Shown: positions 27,346-37,184, counted from the first letter of the stretch. The stretch: DNA of 55,507 nt from a virus (IMGVR_UViG_3300036398_002854:1-55507); one strand, 5' to 3'. The notes: generated by a model not told the origin, from the sequence alone. Program-made: numbers and translations.

Positions 27346-28941
27346 TTACTTCCTATACCTTTTGCCTGACCAACCTTCTGCCTTTACTGGCAGCCCCGCC
27401 GCCCATTCGGGCGTGGCCGCTACCAACGCTTCATACTCTGCCACGTCTCCGTAGCCCTCGTCAACCTCAGAAACGACTTCATCGTGAACTGTCAGCACGA
27501 CCGGATAATTGTGTCGCTCCAGTCGGAACATGGACTCCACCATCAGGTCGCGCGACACCGCCTGCACCACGTTCTCTGTGAACGTGCCTGGGCTGACCAC
27601 GGTGCGCTCCCACTTGCGCGTAAGGGCGTTCACCGCGCCAATCACAACGCCTTGCTTCGTCTCGCCCCAAGGCGTCTTGACCGCTTCGACCTTGGCCTTT
27701 GGGTAATTAAGCGCGCGGCCCGAGGGGAGAAGCAGGCGCAAATTGTCATCGCGCATCCTGAACTTCATGTTGCGAAGCGTGACAACCTTGGTGGGGTTGT
27801 TGATAGCCTTGATGGCTGCACGCTCCAAGGCATACCACAGTTTCGGGATGTGGTGGTAAGTTTCACGATACAAAGTAACGACGCGCTTGTATTCTTCTTC
27901 TTCCAAGAAGATTTGGTCCTTGGCGCAAGTCAATGCGAACTTTGGCGCACCCATGGCGTAGCCCAGGCCGAGTGTCGCTGCTTTCCCTAGCTGGCGGGCA
28001 CGTGGATCATTCTTTTTAGTGATCGGCCTGTTGTATATGATACTTGCAAAGTTACAGTAAATGTCATCCCCATTAGCAAACTGTCGCACCAAGTCATCTT
28101 GCCCTGCAATCCACGCCAGCACACGCGCCTCAATGGCTGCGAAGTCTGCTGCGTAAAGGATTTTTCCAGAGCCTGCTTGGATGAGGCTGCGAATCACATC
28201 AGCCACAACAGTCTGCACAGGGCCGTAGCACAACTCGATTTCGTCTATGTTGCCCCGTTGGATATATGGGATGGCGTCCTCTGGTTCTTTGAGCAATTCG
28301 GGGCGGGGCAGGTTTTGCAACTGCACGCCCTTGCCCGCGAAGCGGCCTGTAGATGCGCCATGGTAAAGCAGGTTGCCGTGGATGCGCCCTTCGGCATCCG
28401 CCATGTTCAGGATGGCTTGGAGTTTCTTGGTAGAGGACTTGGCGCCGATCTGGCGCAGATACAGGACTTCCCTGACTTCGGCGGGGAGGGTCTTGTCTTT
28501 AAGCGCGTTGGTGACGCCTTGCTTATCAAGGCTAGGGAAGTGGCAGCCTTTGGATGCGAACCACCGCACCAACTTATCGCGTTGGCTGAGTGACGTGACG
28601 AGGCCATTTGTGATTTGAACAAGGCGCGCATTGAGGCGGGACGCACCTTGCTCTACAAGCCCTAGCGCCAATCGTGCCGTCTCCAGGTCAACGCCAATGC
28701 CACGGTCGTTGATACGTTGGTCAAGCAGATAGACTTCCCGCTCAGAAGGTATGAGGGGGTAGAGTTTCTTTTCGGCTAGGCGTTCCGCCTCAACGTCGGT
28801 CTTGCAATACTCGTAGAGTTTGTTGAGGCGGTCGAAGTATATTTGGTTTTGGCGTTCGCGCGAGGCTTCGGTCTTACCAGTGATTTCATAGTCGTCCCAC
28901 CAGCGGATGTGACCGAAGTCGTCGTCATCTTCGTCGCTCAT
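27346..28941 (-). CDS. Family A DNA polymerase, C-terminal subunit (ExoIII + polymerase)
   Basis: YCKTDV, INDRG, TGRFAG...QNLPR, motif A DFAAIEARVLAW, motif B RQLGKAATLGLGY, motif C TVHDE; own GAGG RBS. Confidence 0.92.
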   Translation of the reverse strand: MSDEDDDDFGHIRWWDDYEITGKTEASRERQNQIYFDRLNKLYEYCKTDVEAERLAEKKLYPLIPSEREVYLLDQRINDRGIGVDLETARLALGLVEQGASRLNARLVQITNGLVTSLSQRDKLVRWFASKGCHFPSLDKQGVTNALKDKTLPAEVREVLYLRQIGAKSSTKKLQAILNMADAEGRIHGNLLYHGASTGRFAGKGVQLQNLPRPELLKEPEDAIPYIQRGNIDEIELCYGPVQTVVADVIRSLIQAGSGKILYAADFAAIEARVLAWIAGQDDLVRQFANGDDIYCNFASIIYNRPITKKNDPRARQLGKAATLGLGYAMGAPKFALTCAKDQIFLEEEEYKRVVTLYRETYHHIPKLWYALERAAIKAINNPTKVVTLRNMKFRMRDDNLRLLLPSGRALNYPKAKVEAVKTPWGETKQGVVIGAVNALTRKWERTVVSPGTFTENVVQAVSRDLMVESMFRLERHNYPVVLTVHDEVVSEVDEGYGDVAEYEALVAATPEWAAGLPVKAEGWSGKRYRK

Positions 28942-28947
28942 TGCGCC

Positions 28948-29646
28948 TCAATACATCGACCAAGGGCCTGCGTCAAACGCCTGCTTGATGCGTTCCTCCG
29001 CAATGGCGAAATACTTGTCGTCAAGTTCGATACCGATGAATTTGCGGCCAAGGTTCATTGCCGCAACGCCGGTTGTGCCGCTGCCCATAAAGCAGTCCAA
29101 GATAGCGCCGTTTGAGCCGTCGTCCGTATCACGAATCAAGGATTCGATAAGCCCAACTGGTTTGCATGTGGGGTGCCCGTGATCTTCAGATGGGCTTGGG
29201 CGTTTCGCTTCATACACACTCTTGGGTCGCCCATTTTTGAAAATGCGCCTCCCTTTCACCGCATACCATACAACATCGTGCATAGGGGCAAATGCCCCGC
29301 GCAAATCACCCATGCCGTGATGGAGTCGGTTCCAGATGACTTGCGACTTCAAAGTAAAGCCGCAATCTTCAATGTGGCGCCGCCAATCACAACTTGTCCT
29401 CCAATCGCAGAACGAAAGAAGGCCCCCCCCGTTATTTTTCAGGATACGGTATGCTTCCTTGATAAATCGGGGATCAATTTCGTCGTCACCTTTAATCTTT
29501 TCGTGTCTCGGCCCTGACTTGGACCAATTTGACTGGAACGCCATACCGTAAGGCGGATCGGTCAACACCATATCCACCGAACCATCCGGGATTTCCTTCA
29601 TGCGCTCAAGGCAGTCGCCCTTGAGCAACGTCAGCGCGTCCTTCAT
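28948..29646 (-). CDS. Beta-class N4C/N6A DNA methyltransferase inserted in the polymerase gene
   Basis: GDCLE, TDPPY, HPTCKP, LDCFMGSGTTG, IGIELD. Confidence 0.92.
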   Translation of the reverse strand: MKDALTLLKGDCLERMKEIPDGSVDMVLTDPPYGMAFQSNWSKSGPRHEKIKGDDEIDPRFIKEAYRILKNNGGGLLSFCDWRTSCDWRRHIEDCGFTLKSQVIWNRLHHGMGDLRGAFAPMHDVVWYAVKGRRIFKNGRPKSVYEAKRPSPSEDHGHPTCKPVGLIESLIRDTDDGSNGAILDCFMGSGTTGVAAMNLGRKFIGIELDDKYFAIAEERIKQAFDAGPWSMY

Positions 29647-30083
29647 ACCTTTTTCCCCTTCCTCGGCTTCGTCATCTTCAGCATATGCCGACTACCTTCC
29701 ATGTCCTTCTTGATTTCCAAGTCAAGCGCCTCACCAACGCCTTCCAGTGACCGTGGAACCGCCATGGCTGCGGCCATGGCTGCCGTGCAGAACCATTGCT
29801 CCAACGTCACAGGGGCGCAGCCGTAGCGCGGCACGGCGATGTTCTTGGTAATCAGGCGCTCGAATTGGGCATTGTGCGCGTAGATGGGATGGCCCTGCCT
29901 GATATGCTCGTTCAGTTCTTCAGGCCAGGGCAGATGTGGTGTCCACAGTTGCACAGGGTCATCATCCTTCGCATACGCCATGCAAAGAATGTCGGTGGTC
30001 GGGTGTTCGGCGTAGCGATACACGCCAACCAGTTTAAGGTTGGCGGTGGATTTGGTTTCGTAGTCTATGTGGTAGATGGGCAT
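29643..30083 (-). CDS. Family A DNA polymerase, N-terminal subunit (ExoI/ExoII)
   Basis: HIDYETKS, GVYRYAEHP, AHNAQFER, WFCT, PRSLE; ends KPRKGKKV. Confidence 0.88.
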   Translation of the reverse strand: MPIYHIDYETKSTANLKLVGVYRYAEHPTTDILCMAYAKDDDPVQLWTPHLPWPEELNEHIRQGHPIYAHNAQFERLITKNIAVPRYGCAPVTLEQWFCTAAMAAAMAVPRSLEGVGEALDLEIKKDMEGSRHMLKMTKPRKGKKV

Positions 30084-30124
30084 GGTGCAAAAAGAAGGCG
30101 GGTTGCCCCGCCTCCTTCTCTGCC

Positions 30125-30697
30125 TCAGAACAGGTCGGAAGCGTTGCCTTCACTGACGTTATCGCCGGGAACGTCATCGAAATCATTATCCGCGCTGCGA
30201 CCACCGCCGGTAGCGATGCGTTCGCCATCGTCAACGAACTGCACGTTGTTCAGGCCGAAGCTCACGCCCTTGTTGCCGCTGTTGTCATACGCGAAAGCGT
30301 TGATGCTCGCACGAACGAAGCAACCCGGATACAGGCGATCCTCGTCGGTGATGATCGGAAACTTGCCATCCACCTTCTTGCGGTCCACAACCTTTGGCTG
30401 CTTCTTGCTGCTGATGGTGATGAACACGCAATCATCATCGAAACCCGCCGTGCCTTCCTTGTCGGAGCCGGGGCGGAACGGGTTACGCATGTTCTTGGGC
30501 GGCTTGTCGCCAAACTTGGCCTTAGCGGCAGCACTCGCCGCCTTCTTCATGTTCTGGTATTCCGCAGTCTCCTGTGCGGCCTTGTCGAAAACAAGCACGC
30601 AGGAATACTTCGGGGTGTTGCCGTTGAAGCCGCGAGGCTCGAAAAGCGCCGGGAAAGCAAGTCGGGCCTTGGGGGTAACGACGTTGGTCTCGCTCAT
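30125..30697 (-). CDS. Single-stranded DNA-binding protein (DUF2815, T7 gp2.5-like)
   Basis: RLAFPALFEP, KYS, YPGC.VRAS, GNKGVSFGLNNVQ, acidic tail ending in F. Confidence 0.88.
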   Translation of the reverse strand: MSETNVVTPKARLAFPALFEPRGFNGNTPKYSCVLVFDKAAQETAEYQNMKKAASAAAKAKFGDKPPKNMRNPFRPGSDKEGTAGFDDDCVFITISSKKQPKVVDRKKVDGKFPIITDEDRLYPGCFVRASINAFAYDNSGNKGVSFGLNNVQFVDDGERIATGGGRSADNDFDDVPGDNVSEGNASDLF

Positions 30698-30789
30698 GTC
30701 ACATCCTAGGAGCCGGGTTAGCGTGCATTTTGCCCCTCATGTCGCACGCCATTGCCCAGCCACAGTGATTTCAAAAGAGGGGCAAAATC

Positions 30790-32010
30790 TCACTCGAAGT
30801 TGGTGAAGCCGTCAAGCGCGGGAACGGAGTCAAACTCATCCCCGATCTGCAACACAACCGCAGGCCGCTTATCGGAAAGCGGTGCGATGGTGTTGCCTGA
30901 CGATACTGCCACAACGGCTTCCGCCAGTCTATCCTTAATCGCCTTCTTCTTCCCAAGTTTTTCTTCGGCTTGGGCAGGCGAAATCAACTTGCGCGTGAAG
31001 ATATCGTCGTCCTCAAGCCCCATGGACGTGAGAAGGTCAATCGCATCTTCTTCGCTTTGCCACTTCCGGGTTGCCCGCTTGGCGACAAGTTTGTAGCCGG
31101 GGACGTGGCCCCCGTTCTCCAATTTGCGCTGCGCGTATGCCTGGACCGAGTTGATCCAGCCCTTGAACAAGTCAGCCTTGGCGAGAATGTCGCCAATCTG
31201 CGCTTCGCTCAGGCTTTCCGGTTCAGGCGGGAGGAAATTGTCGTCAAACTCCGCCTGAGCCAACGCCACAGCCTGCTCATGCAGTTTGGGGCACTTGGCC
31301 TGCGCAAGACAGAAACGACAATGGTCGCCCGGAGAAAGTGGAGCATCGGCTTCCTGTGTGCGGTGGGCTGCGGCAAGAAGGTCTTCCGCGAACTCGACGC
31401 GAAGCGAGTAGGCGTCAATCTCAAACTGCCTCACGTAGCCGTCAGGATGGCGGTAGCGGGGCTGCACGATGACCATGCGAACGCGAGTCGGGAAGATGTT
31501 GCGCTCCGCCTCCATCGCCAACATGGCGCCTAGGGCGTAGTAGGAAAGCTGCGGGGAGTTTTCCACCTTCACGGGCACGCCCGCACCATACTTCAAGTCC
31601 ATGACGGTCAGGCGCTTTTCGTCCTCATTCCAGATCACGGCATCCGCCGTGCCGAACATCGGGACAGGTGGGTTCAGGGCTTGAAGGTTGAACCGCTGCT
31701 CGATGAACAACGTGTTGCCTTCTGCCTCCTCCAACACCGCGTCAACGTAGACCTGAACCGCCTCGGCCATGTCCTCCGTGACTTCAAAGCCTTCAATCTC
31801 CTGCCCCAAGAAGGCTGTAGCCATCTTGTTCTTGCGGAGGCACATCTCCGCCAATTCATGCGCCGCCGTGCCCTCGCGCGCGTAGTCTGTGGATATGTTG
31901 GGCATACCCTCAGACAGACGCACAGAGCCAGGACAGGCGATCCACCGAGACGCCGAACTCGCGCCCAAGGAAGCATGGGCGCGGTTGGCATGTGTTGGCA
32001 GATTAGACAT
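30790..32010 (-). CDS. DUF2800 PD-(D/E)xK exonuclease (Cas4-like fold)
   Basis: HASLGASSASRWIACPGS, EGTAAH, FGTAD, DLKYG, QLSYYALG, CRFC...C. Confidence 0.85.
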   Translation of the reverse strand: MSNLPTHANRAHASLGASSASRWIACPGSVRLSEGMPNISTDYAREGTAAHELAEMCLRKNKMATAFLGQEIEGFEVTEDMAEAVQVYVDAVLEEAEGNTLFIEQRFNLQALNPPVPMFGTADAVIWNEDEKRLTVMDLKYGAGVPVKVENSPQLSYYALGAMLAMEAERNIFPTRVRMVIVQPRYRHPDGYVRQFEIDAYSLRVEFAEDLLAAAHRTQEADAPLSPGDHCRFCLAQAKCPKLHEQAVALAQAEFDDNFLPPEPESLSEAQIGDILAKADLFKGWINSVQAYAQRKLENGGHVPGYKLVAKRATRKWQSEEDAIDLLTSMGLEDDDIFTRKLISPAQAEEKLGKKKAIKDRLAEAVVAVSSGNTIAPLSDKRPAVVLQIGDEFDSVPALDGFTNFE

Positions 32011-32557
32011 TGACGATGGCCCGCGTGATAGCGCGATAGAACTTGGCGCACGCCTCGGCATCGAAGTCAGACACGCGGCCCTTCTGCGTCGTGGTCAGGA
32101 CTTCCTTGCGCGTTTCGTCAGGGCCAATCTCGGCCATGCGGGCAGACAGCAGGGCGCGGCAATGATTGCGGGCTTCCTCAAGGTTCTCCGCGAACCACGA
32201 ATCGGGATAGACCGGGAAAGCGCGCTCCTCCACATCGAACTTATCAGCGTGGTAAACATCCATCTCATCCGCCTCGATAGCGGTTTCCTCGTTATGGGCA
32301 ACAACCTCGGTGGTTGGCTCAGGCTCAGGGGTAGGCGTAATCTCAGGCGCAGGCCCTTCGGCTTTGCGCGGCCTACCACGCGGGCGCTTCTCGCCCGTAG
32401 AAGCAACAGTCTGCGCCGTGCTTGCCTCCGTGGCCGTCGCCACAATGACATCCGTGAAACTACCGCCGTCTAGCAGCTTGATCGCGTTTTCGGCTGTCAT
32501 TGCGATACCCGCAATCGCTGCTTCTGCGATTTGGGCGATGGCTTCGTTGCGGTCCAT
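32003..32557 (-). CDS. Hypothetical protein with AT-hook-like motif
   Basis: KRPRGRPRK; AGGAG RBS. Confidence 0.55.
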   Translation of the reverse strand: MDRNEAIAQIAEAAIAGIAMTAENAIKLLDGGSFTDVIVATATEASTAQTVASTGEKRPRGRPRKAEGPAPEITPTPEPEPTTEVVAHNEETAIEADEMDVYHADKFDVEERAFPVYPDSWFAENLEEARNHCRALLSARMAEIGPDETRKEVLTTTQKGRVSDFDAEACAKFYRAITRAIVNV

Positions 32558-32565
32558 GTTGTCTC

Positions 32566-33975
32566 CTAGATCATGATTTCGCTGATTTGCTTTGACTTGC
32601 GAATCAAAACGCGCGTCAAATCCTCATCAACTGACCCCGCCAATACCACGTAGCGGGCGAGGACGCTAGAACTTTTTTGGCCGATGCGGTGTGCCCGCGC
32701 CGCAGCCTGGACGTTTTCGGCAGGAGTCCACGAAGGTTCCATAATCAAAACATTATCGCTTGCCGTGAGCGTGATAGCGGAGTTGGTGGCGGTAATCTGC
32801 CCAATAAAGATGCGGGTGTGCGGGTCGCTTTGGAAGTCGTCAATCGCCTTCTGCCGTGCGTTGCGTGCCGTATCGCCTGTAATGACAACGGCTTTGTGGC
32901 CCTTCAACTTCTCTGCCATTTGCGCGATGACTTCGCGGTGGTAGCAGAATAGGATAATCTTCGTATTCGCGTTTTCCAACTCCGCTTCAATGAACTCGCA
33001 AGTTGGCACGACTTTTGCAAGGCCAACAGCGCGGCGCAGCGAGGCAAGGGCCTGCTTGTTCGCGTCCTTGAGAATGTCATCGGCTAGGGTGTTGTCGCGG
33101 TTGTGGTGGTTCGCTGCCGCCGCCGCCAAAACTGCTTTGACTTCTGAGATGGCTTCGCTCTTTTCGAGCGCCATCACTTCTTTGAGTGCTGACTTTGGCG
33201 GTTCAAGAACAATCGTGCCCCATTGGAGTGCGGGCAACTGCGTCAGCACATCTTCTTTCTTGCGACGGATGAAAAAGCCTGCAAGCCGCTTCTTCAATTC
33301 GGTCGTGTTCTTGTTGCCTTTGATGCGCTCAACCGTGCGCCCACCAAAGTGTAGCACATCCAAGACACAGAAGTATCGGATGTATTGGGCATAGGTCATA
33401 CGCCCGTCAGGGGTTTGGAGGCGTTCGTAGGCGAGTGCGCGCAAGTGTGTATATATTTCGGAGGCGTTGTTTGGGAGTGGCGTGCCAGTCAAAATCCAGG
33501 TGCGCTTGGCCGTAGAAATGGCGCCGCCAGCACCGTTGAGGCGATCGCCATAAAGCGCCTTGGTGCGAAGCGCGGTTCGGTTCTTGGCCGCATGGGCTTC
33601 GTCAGCAATCAGAACATCAAATTCCAAGTCTAGGAGTTTGTTCCTGACTTGGGCATTGGCGAGCATGTCGTAACTCAGGATCACGACTTCGGCTTCAGGT
33701 GGAATATCGGCCTTGGTGTTGGTGACTACGTAAGTGGTGCGTTTGATGGTTTGCCAGTTAAGGACTTCACGCTGCCAGTTGATGCGTGCCACGGCAGGAC
33801 AGACGACTAGGATGCGGCGCAGGTTGAGTGCGTCCGCCGCCCTGATCGCCTGCGCCGTCTTGCCAAGCCCCATATCGTCAAAAAGACCGGCATTGGCGTT
33901 GTCGGTCTTTTTGTTGATAAGGAACGTGACGCCTTCAATCTGGTATGGAAGAAGGCCGTTTTGCCAATCAGGCAT
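32566..33975 (-). CDS. SNF2-family helicase
   Basis: DDMGLGKT, DEAH, LTGTP, QAAARAHRIGQ. Confidence 0.92.
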   Translation of the reverse strand: MPDWQNGLLPYQIEGVTFLINKKTDNANAGLFDDMGLGKTAQAIRAADALNLRRILVVCPAVARINWQREVLNWQTIKRTTYVVTNTKADIPPEAEVVILSYDMLANAQVRNKLLDLEFDVLIADEAHAAKNRTALRTKALYGDRLNGAGGAISTAKRTWILTGTPLPNNASEIYTHLRALAYERLQTPDGRMTYAQYIRYFCVLDVLHFGGRTVERIKGNKNTTELKKRLAGFFIRRKKEDVLTQLPALQWGTIVLEPPKSALKEVMALEKSEAISEVKAVLAAAAANHHNRDNTLADDILKDANKQALASLRRAVGLAKVVPTCEFIEAELENANTKIILFCYHREVIAQMAEKLKGHKAVVITGDTARNARQKAIDDFQSDPHTRIFIGQITATNSAITLTASDNVLIMEPSWTPAENVQAAARAHRIGQKSSSVLARYVVLAGSVDEDLTRVLIRKSKQISEIMI

Positions 33976-34432
33976 GGCTCAATCCATAATACGCCAACAA
34001 CGCACTCTCCGCCCTGCCATCATCCTTGACGCGCTTGAACAACTCAGCGTTCTTAGGGAACAACGCCATCGCCTTCATGCGTGCGCCTCCCTTGTCGGCT
34101 GGTATGCTCATCTTGCGCTTCCATGTCGCGGGATGCACAAGGATGGTGGGGAAGTTAAGTGCAGCCAAAATACCTTCAATCTGTCCGAAGCCTCGCCCAA
34201 AAGAGAAAGCGCCTACAGCGCCTTCGCCCGGTCGCACTCCAACCTGTTCGAGAATGACCTTATCGGGGTTGCTGTTCTTGAGGATTTCGACAAGTAGCGC
34301 AGGAGGGATGCTCCTGCGCTTCTTGCCGTTCACCACGATCTCTACGGTTGGCATGTCCTCTACGATGAGACCGCCCGGAGTGATTGTGGCGATAGCGCCG
34401 CTAAGGCCAGGGTCGATACCAACGATGTTCAA
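33968..34432 (-). CDS. RuvC-like Holliday junction resolvase
   Basis: IVGIDPGLSGA, ILEQV, AFSFG, WK, DDGRAESALLA. Confidence 0.85.
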   Translation of the reverse strand: MNIVGIDPGLSGAIATITPGGLIVEDMPTVEIVVNGKKRRSIPPALLVEILKNSNPDKVILEQVGVRPGEGAVGAFSFGRGFGQIEGILAALNFPTILVHPATWKRKMSIPADKGGARMKAMALFPKNAELFKRVKDDGRAESALLAYYGLSHA

Positions 34433-36363
34433 AACGCATCACCCCAATCGCCCTTGGTTGCTGCCTTGCTGTATTCCGTGGCGCGGTTCTCGAAGAAGTT
34501 GGTATGCTCAGGCGCATTGAGCATGTCGTCAAGCCAAGGAATCGGATTGACCTTTACGCCATACAGCGGGCGAAGGTGCAACTGGAGAAGTCGCCTGTCC
34601 GCGATAAAGCGGATATACTGCTTGATTTCATCAGCCGTCATGCCCTTCACGGGGCCAAGGGCGAACGCCAAGTCAATGAACGCATCCTCGTGTTCCACGA
34701 TCATCTTGCAGATTTCGTAGATTTCTACCTGCAAGGCCGCGTCGAACAGTCCGGGGTTTTCCTCGCAATAGGTATGGAAAAGCCGAATGATGTTTTCGCA
34801 ATGAAGTGTCTCGTCGCGCACGCTCCACGCAATGATCTGCCCCATGCCCTTCATCTTGCCGAAGCGAGGGAAATTCAGAAGCATGGCGAAAGAGGCGAAA
34901 AGCTGAAGCCCCTCCGTAAATGCGCCAAACGCGGCAAGGGTTTTGGCGACTTCACGCGGATTATCGACTGAGAATTTGCTGAAGTAGTCATACTTGTCAC
35001 GCATTTCCTTGATCTGCATGAAAGTAATATACTCAGACTCAGGCATCCCAACCGTATCGAGTAGATGCGAATAGCTCGCAACATGGACCGTGTTGCCGGT
35101 AATTGCTACGCGCCCGTTTCGCCTAGACACGATGTTCTGATGCGGCACAGAAACGCAAAACACTTCGTCGTCATATTCTTCTTCAACGCGGTGCGGATAC
35201 GTTCGCCATACACGGTCGCAAATAGTGACAACCCAACAAGTCTTGGTATTCGTCGTAACTCTGCCAGTTGGCAAGTGCGATTCCCAGCCTGCTCCTCGGT
35301 TGACTCCAAGAGTCGCAGAGATTCCGGCCAGAACGCAAATAGCCTGGAACTTGTCTACCGCCCGACGCTCCGTGCTGTAGAACGCTCGAACGATGCCGCT
35401 TCGTGTGCCGTCCCAAAACAGAATTTCATCTACCAAAGCACGCGCCATAGCGGGCGTCATGTCTTCAAGTGAAAGGAAATCCAAAGTCTTCAGGCTCAGG
35501 ATCGCATCATTTCCTGGGAAAGTAAACGTATATCTACTCTGCCCACCTTCTTTCTCACGTTCGTTACACGAGATACCACTTTCCGTCAAAAGAGCAGAAA
35601 GCCTCTCTTTCTTACGGTCCTTCGTCAGACTAAAATCAATCGTGCGTGATGATGGGTTTACTGAAGGGCAGTTACCGCGCAAACAACCATCAGCGGCTAT
35701 CGCGATCTTGAGCGCAACCAAAGCAGGCACCCGTTCACCGTTGTGTTCTGACTTATTAACATTCGCCGCAGTTGGGAAAAGATAGTTTTGCCCCAGTTTG
35801 CGCTCATAGGAGCGCACCTTCTTCACGTTTCGAGAAGACGGGTGCTGGACAATCAGTTCGTGATTAGGTGTGACGCAAATATCCGCCGATTCACTTTTGT
35901 AGCGGTGCATTACACCCTGATACGGATACGCAACAACTCGATCAGGATGGACAAAGCTGATCGCCCCTGTTTGCAAGTCATACTGCGCGACCTTATCTTC
36001 TGTGGTTAGCGTGTCACACTTCTTCCACCCTTCCGAAGTGAGCAGTTCTGTGCTGCGGTCGAAGCACTCACTATCCGCAAACGAAGTCAGCATCATCACG
36101 ACTTCGGTCGGTTTGAAGATCGGCAGATAGTTGTGGACGTAGTTATCCGCTACGGACGCATCAGCCTGCGTGAAGAAGCGGAAAATCTGTGTCAGAAGGT
36201 TCTTCTCGCTTGGTGTCAGGTTCTTCTGCCAATCCTTCACGTCATCCGCGAGGGGGACTTCCTCTGGAAGCCAATGGATGCGCTGCTGCTGAAGCCAAGC
36301 GTCATACGCCCAAGGATAGCGAAACGGCTTGTAGCCAAGGGAGGGGGTGGAGAGATTGGTCAT
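34429..36363 (-). CDS. nrdB: Class I ribonucleotide reductase beta subunit, intein-containing
   Basis: YKPFRYPWAY, HWLPEEV, FRFFTQAD, E|TVH..SY, FTEGLQLF, RDETLH, NFFE. Confidence 0.95.
   Translation of the reverse strand: MTNLSTPSLGYKPFRYPWAYDAWLQQQRIHWLPEEVPLADDVKDWQKNLTPSEKNLLTQIFRFFTQADASVADNYVHNYLPIFKPTEVVMMLTSFADSECFDRSTELLTSEGWKKCDTLTTEDKVAQYDLQTGAISFVHPDRVVAYPYQGVMHRYKSESADICVTPNHELIVQHPSSRNVKKVRSYERKLGQNYLFPTAANVNKSEHNGERVPALVALKIAIAADGCLRGNCPSVNPSSRTIDFSLTKDRKKERLSALLTESGISCNEREKEGGQSRYTFTFPGNDAILSLKTLDFLSLEDMTPAMARALVDEILFWDGTRSGIVRAFYSTERRAVDKFQAICVLAGISATLGVNRGAGWESHLPTGRVTTNTKTCWVVTICDRVWRTYPHRVEEEYDDEVFCVSVPHQNIVSRRNGRVAITGNTVHVASYSHLLDTVGMPESEYITFMQIKEMRDKYDYFSKFSVDNPREVAKTLAAFGAFTEGLQLFASFAMLLNFPRFGKMKGMGQIIAWSVRDETLHCENIIRLFHTYCEENPGLFDAALQVEIYEICKMIVEHEDAFIDLAFALGPVKGMTADEIKQYIRFIADRRLLQLHLRPLYGVKVNPIPWLDDMLNAPEHTNFFENRATEYSKAATKGDWGDAF
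35092..36066 (-). mobile_element. Intein (325 aa) with LAGLIDADG-like endonuclease region
   Basis: Starts CFDRSTELLTSEGW, block B VTPNHE, ends VFCVSVP...RRNGRVAITGN followed by Thr; IAADG and LFWDG motifs. Confidence 0.92.
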
Positions 36364-36375
36364 GGTTTCCTCGCG

Positions 36376-36663
36376 TCAGTCAACAGTCAGCATCGTCGGA
36401 TATCTAACGCACATGATGGCTTTGTCGATCATTTCATTTTCCAAGGCGATTTGGTTTCGGTCGAAGTTGCCGTCGCCACAAGAGCCTGAAGGCCGTTGCC
36501 GGTTAAGATAAGCGACCATATTGCTCACGTTATCCCCCTCCGCTTCCATGAGAACTGCGGCCAGGAGAAGCCGGATGACTTTGGTTTCGGCGTGCATACC
36601 TTGCTTGGCCTTTTCAAAATAGGGTGGAATGGTGTCGATAGCACGGGTTGGGCGCCGTGGCAA
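36376..36663 (-). CDS. Hypothetical protein
   Basis: Only ORF filling the gap upstream of nrdB; start uncertain. Confidence 0.4.
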   Translation of the reverse strand: MPRRPTRAIDTIPPYFEKAKQGMHAETKVIRLLLAAVLMEAEGDNVSNMVAYLNRQRPSGSCGDGNFDRNQIALENEMIDKAIMCVRYPTMLTVD

Positions 36664-36744
36664 GCGCCAAGATATTGCCTTTCATATCCGCTACGTGGTA
36701 GGGGAAAATAATATATCCTCGCTTCTTGCTTAGGAGTCTTTCCC

Positions 36745-37176
36745 ATGGCCGTAACCATTTCTGTATTCAACCACACCGCGAAGCGTTTTGCTTCCGGCGA
36801 AAACGCGGTGGGCGATACCTACAAGCTGAAGCTCTACAGCGCCGCCACATTCGACGCAACCGCCACCACGCTGGCAAGCGTCTCGGGCACCGAGGCTTCG
36901 ACGGGCACCGGTTACACTGCTGATGGGCAGGCCCTTACCAACGTGGCCGTGACGACCGAGACCACGAACGACGCCAAGTTTGACGCAGACGATGTGGTTT
37001 GGACCGCTTCTGGTGGCCCAATCACCGCTTCCTACGGTATCATCTTTAACGATACTGACGCCAATGACCCGCCGCTCGCCTTCATTGACTTCGACGGTTC
37101 GCAGTCCGCTGGCGACGGGACTGACTTCAAAGTTGTGTGGAACGCCGCTGGCATCTTCACCTTCACCGTCACCTAA
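36745..37176 (+). CDS. Small beta-rich virion protein, probably high copy
   Basis: AGGAG RBS, strong codon bias, own terminator; FDADDVVWTASGG.ITA...IFNDT. Confidence 0.65.
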   Translation: MAVTISVFNHTAKRFASGENAVGDTYKLKLYSAATFDATATTLASVSGTEASTGTGYTADGQALTNVAVTTETTNDAKFDADDVVWTASGGPITASYGIIFNDTDANDPPLAFIDFDGSQSAGDGTDFKVVWNAAGIFTFTVT

Positions 37177-37184
37177 TTTTGATA

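Noticed and set aside
28942-29646. Group I intron or split intein in the polymerase
   Set aside because: The MTase ORF fills the whole gap, leaving no room for a ribozyme core; neither half has intein terminal motifs
29643-29665. -1 frameshift at GGGGAAAAAG fusing the exonuclease fragment to the MTase
   Set aside because: In-frame reading G-AAA-AAG is not a canonical heptamer; the purine run is explained as the MTase RBS
30790-32010. CRISPR Cas4
   Set aside because: Standard DUF2800-DUF2815-PolA phage replication context; no cas genes or array
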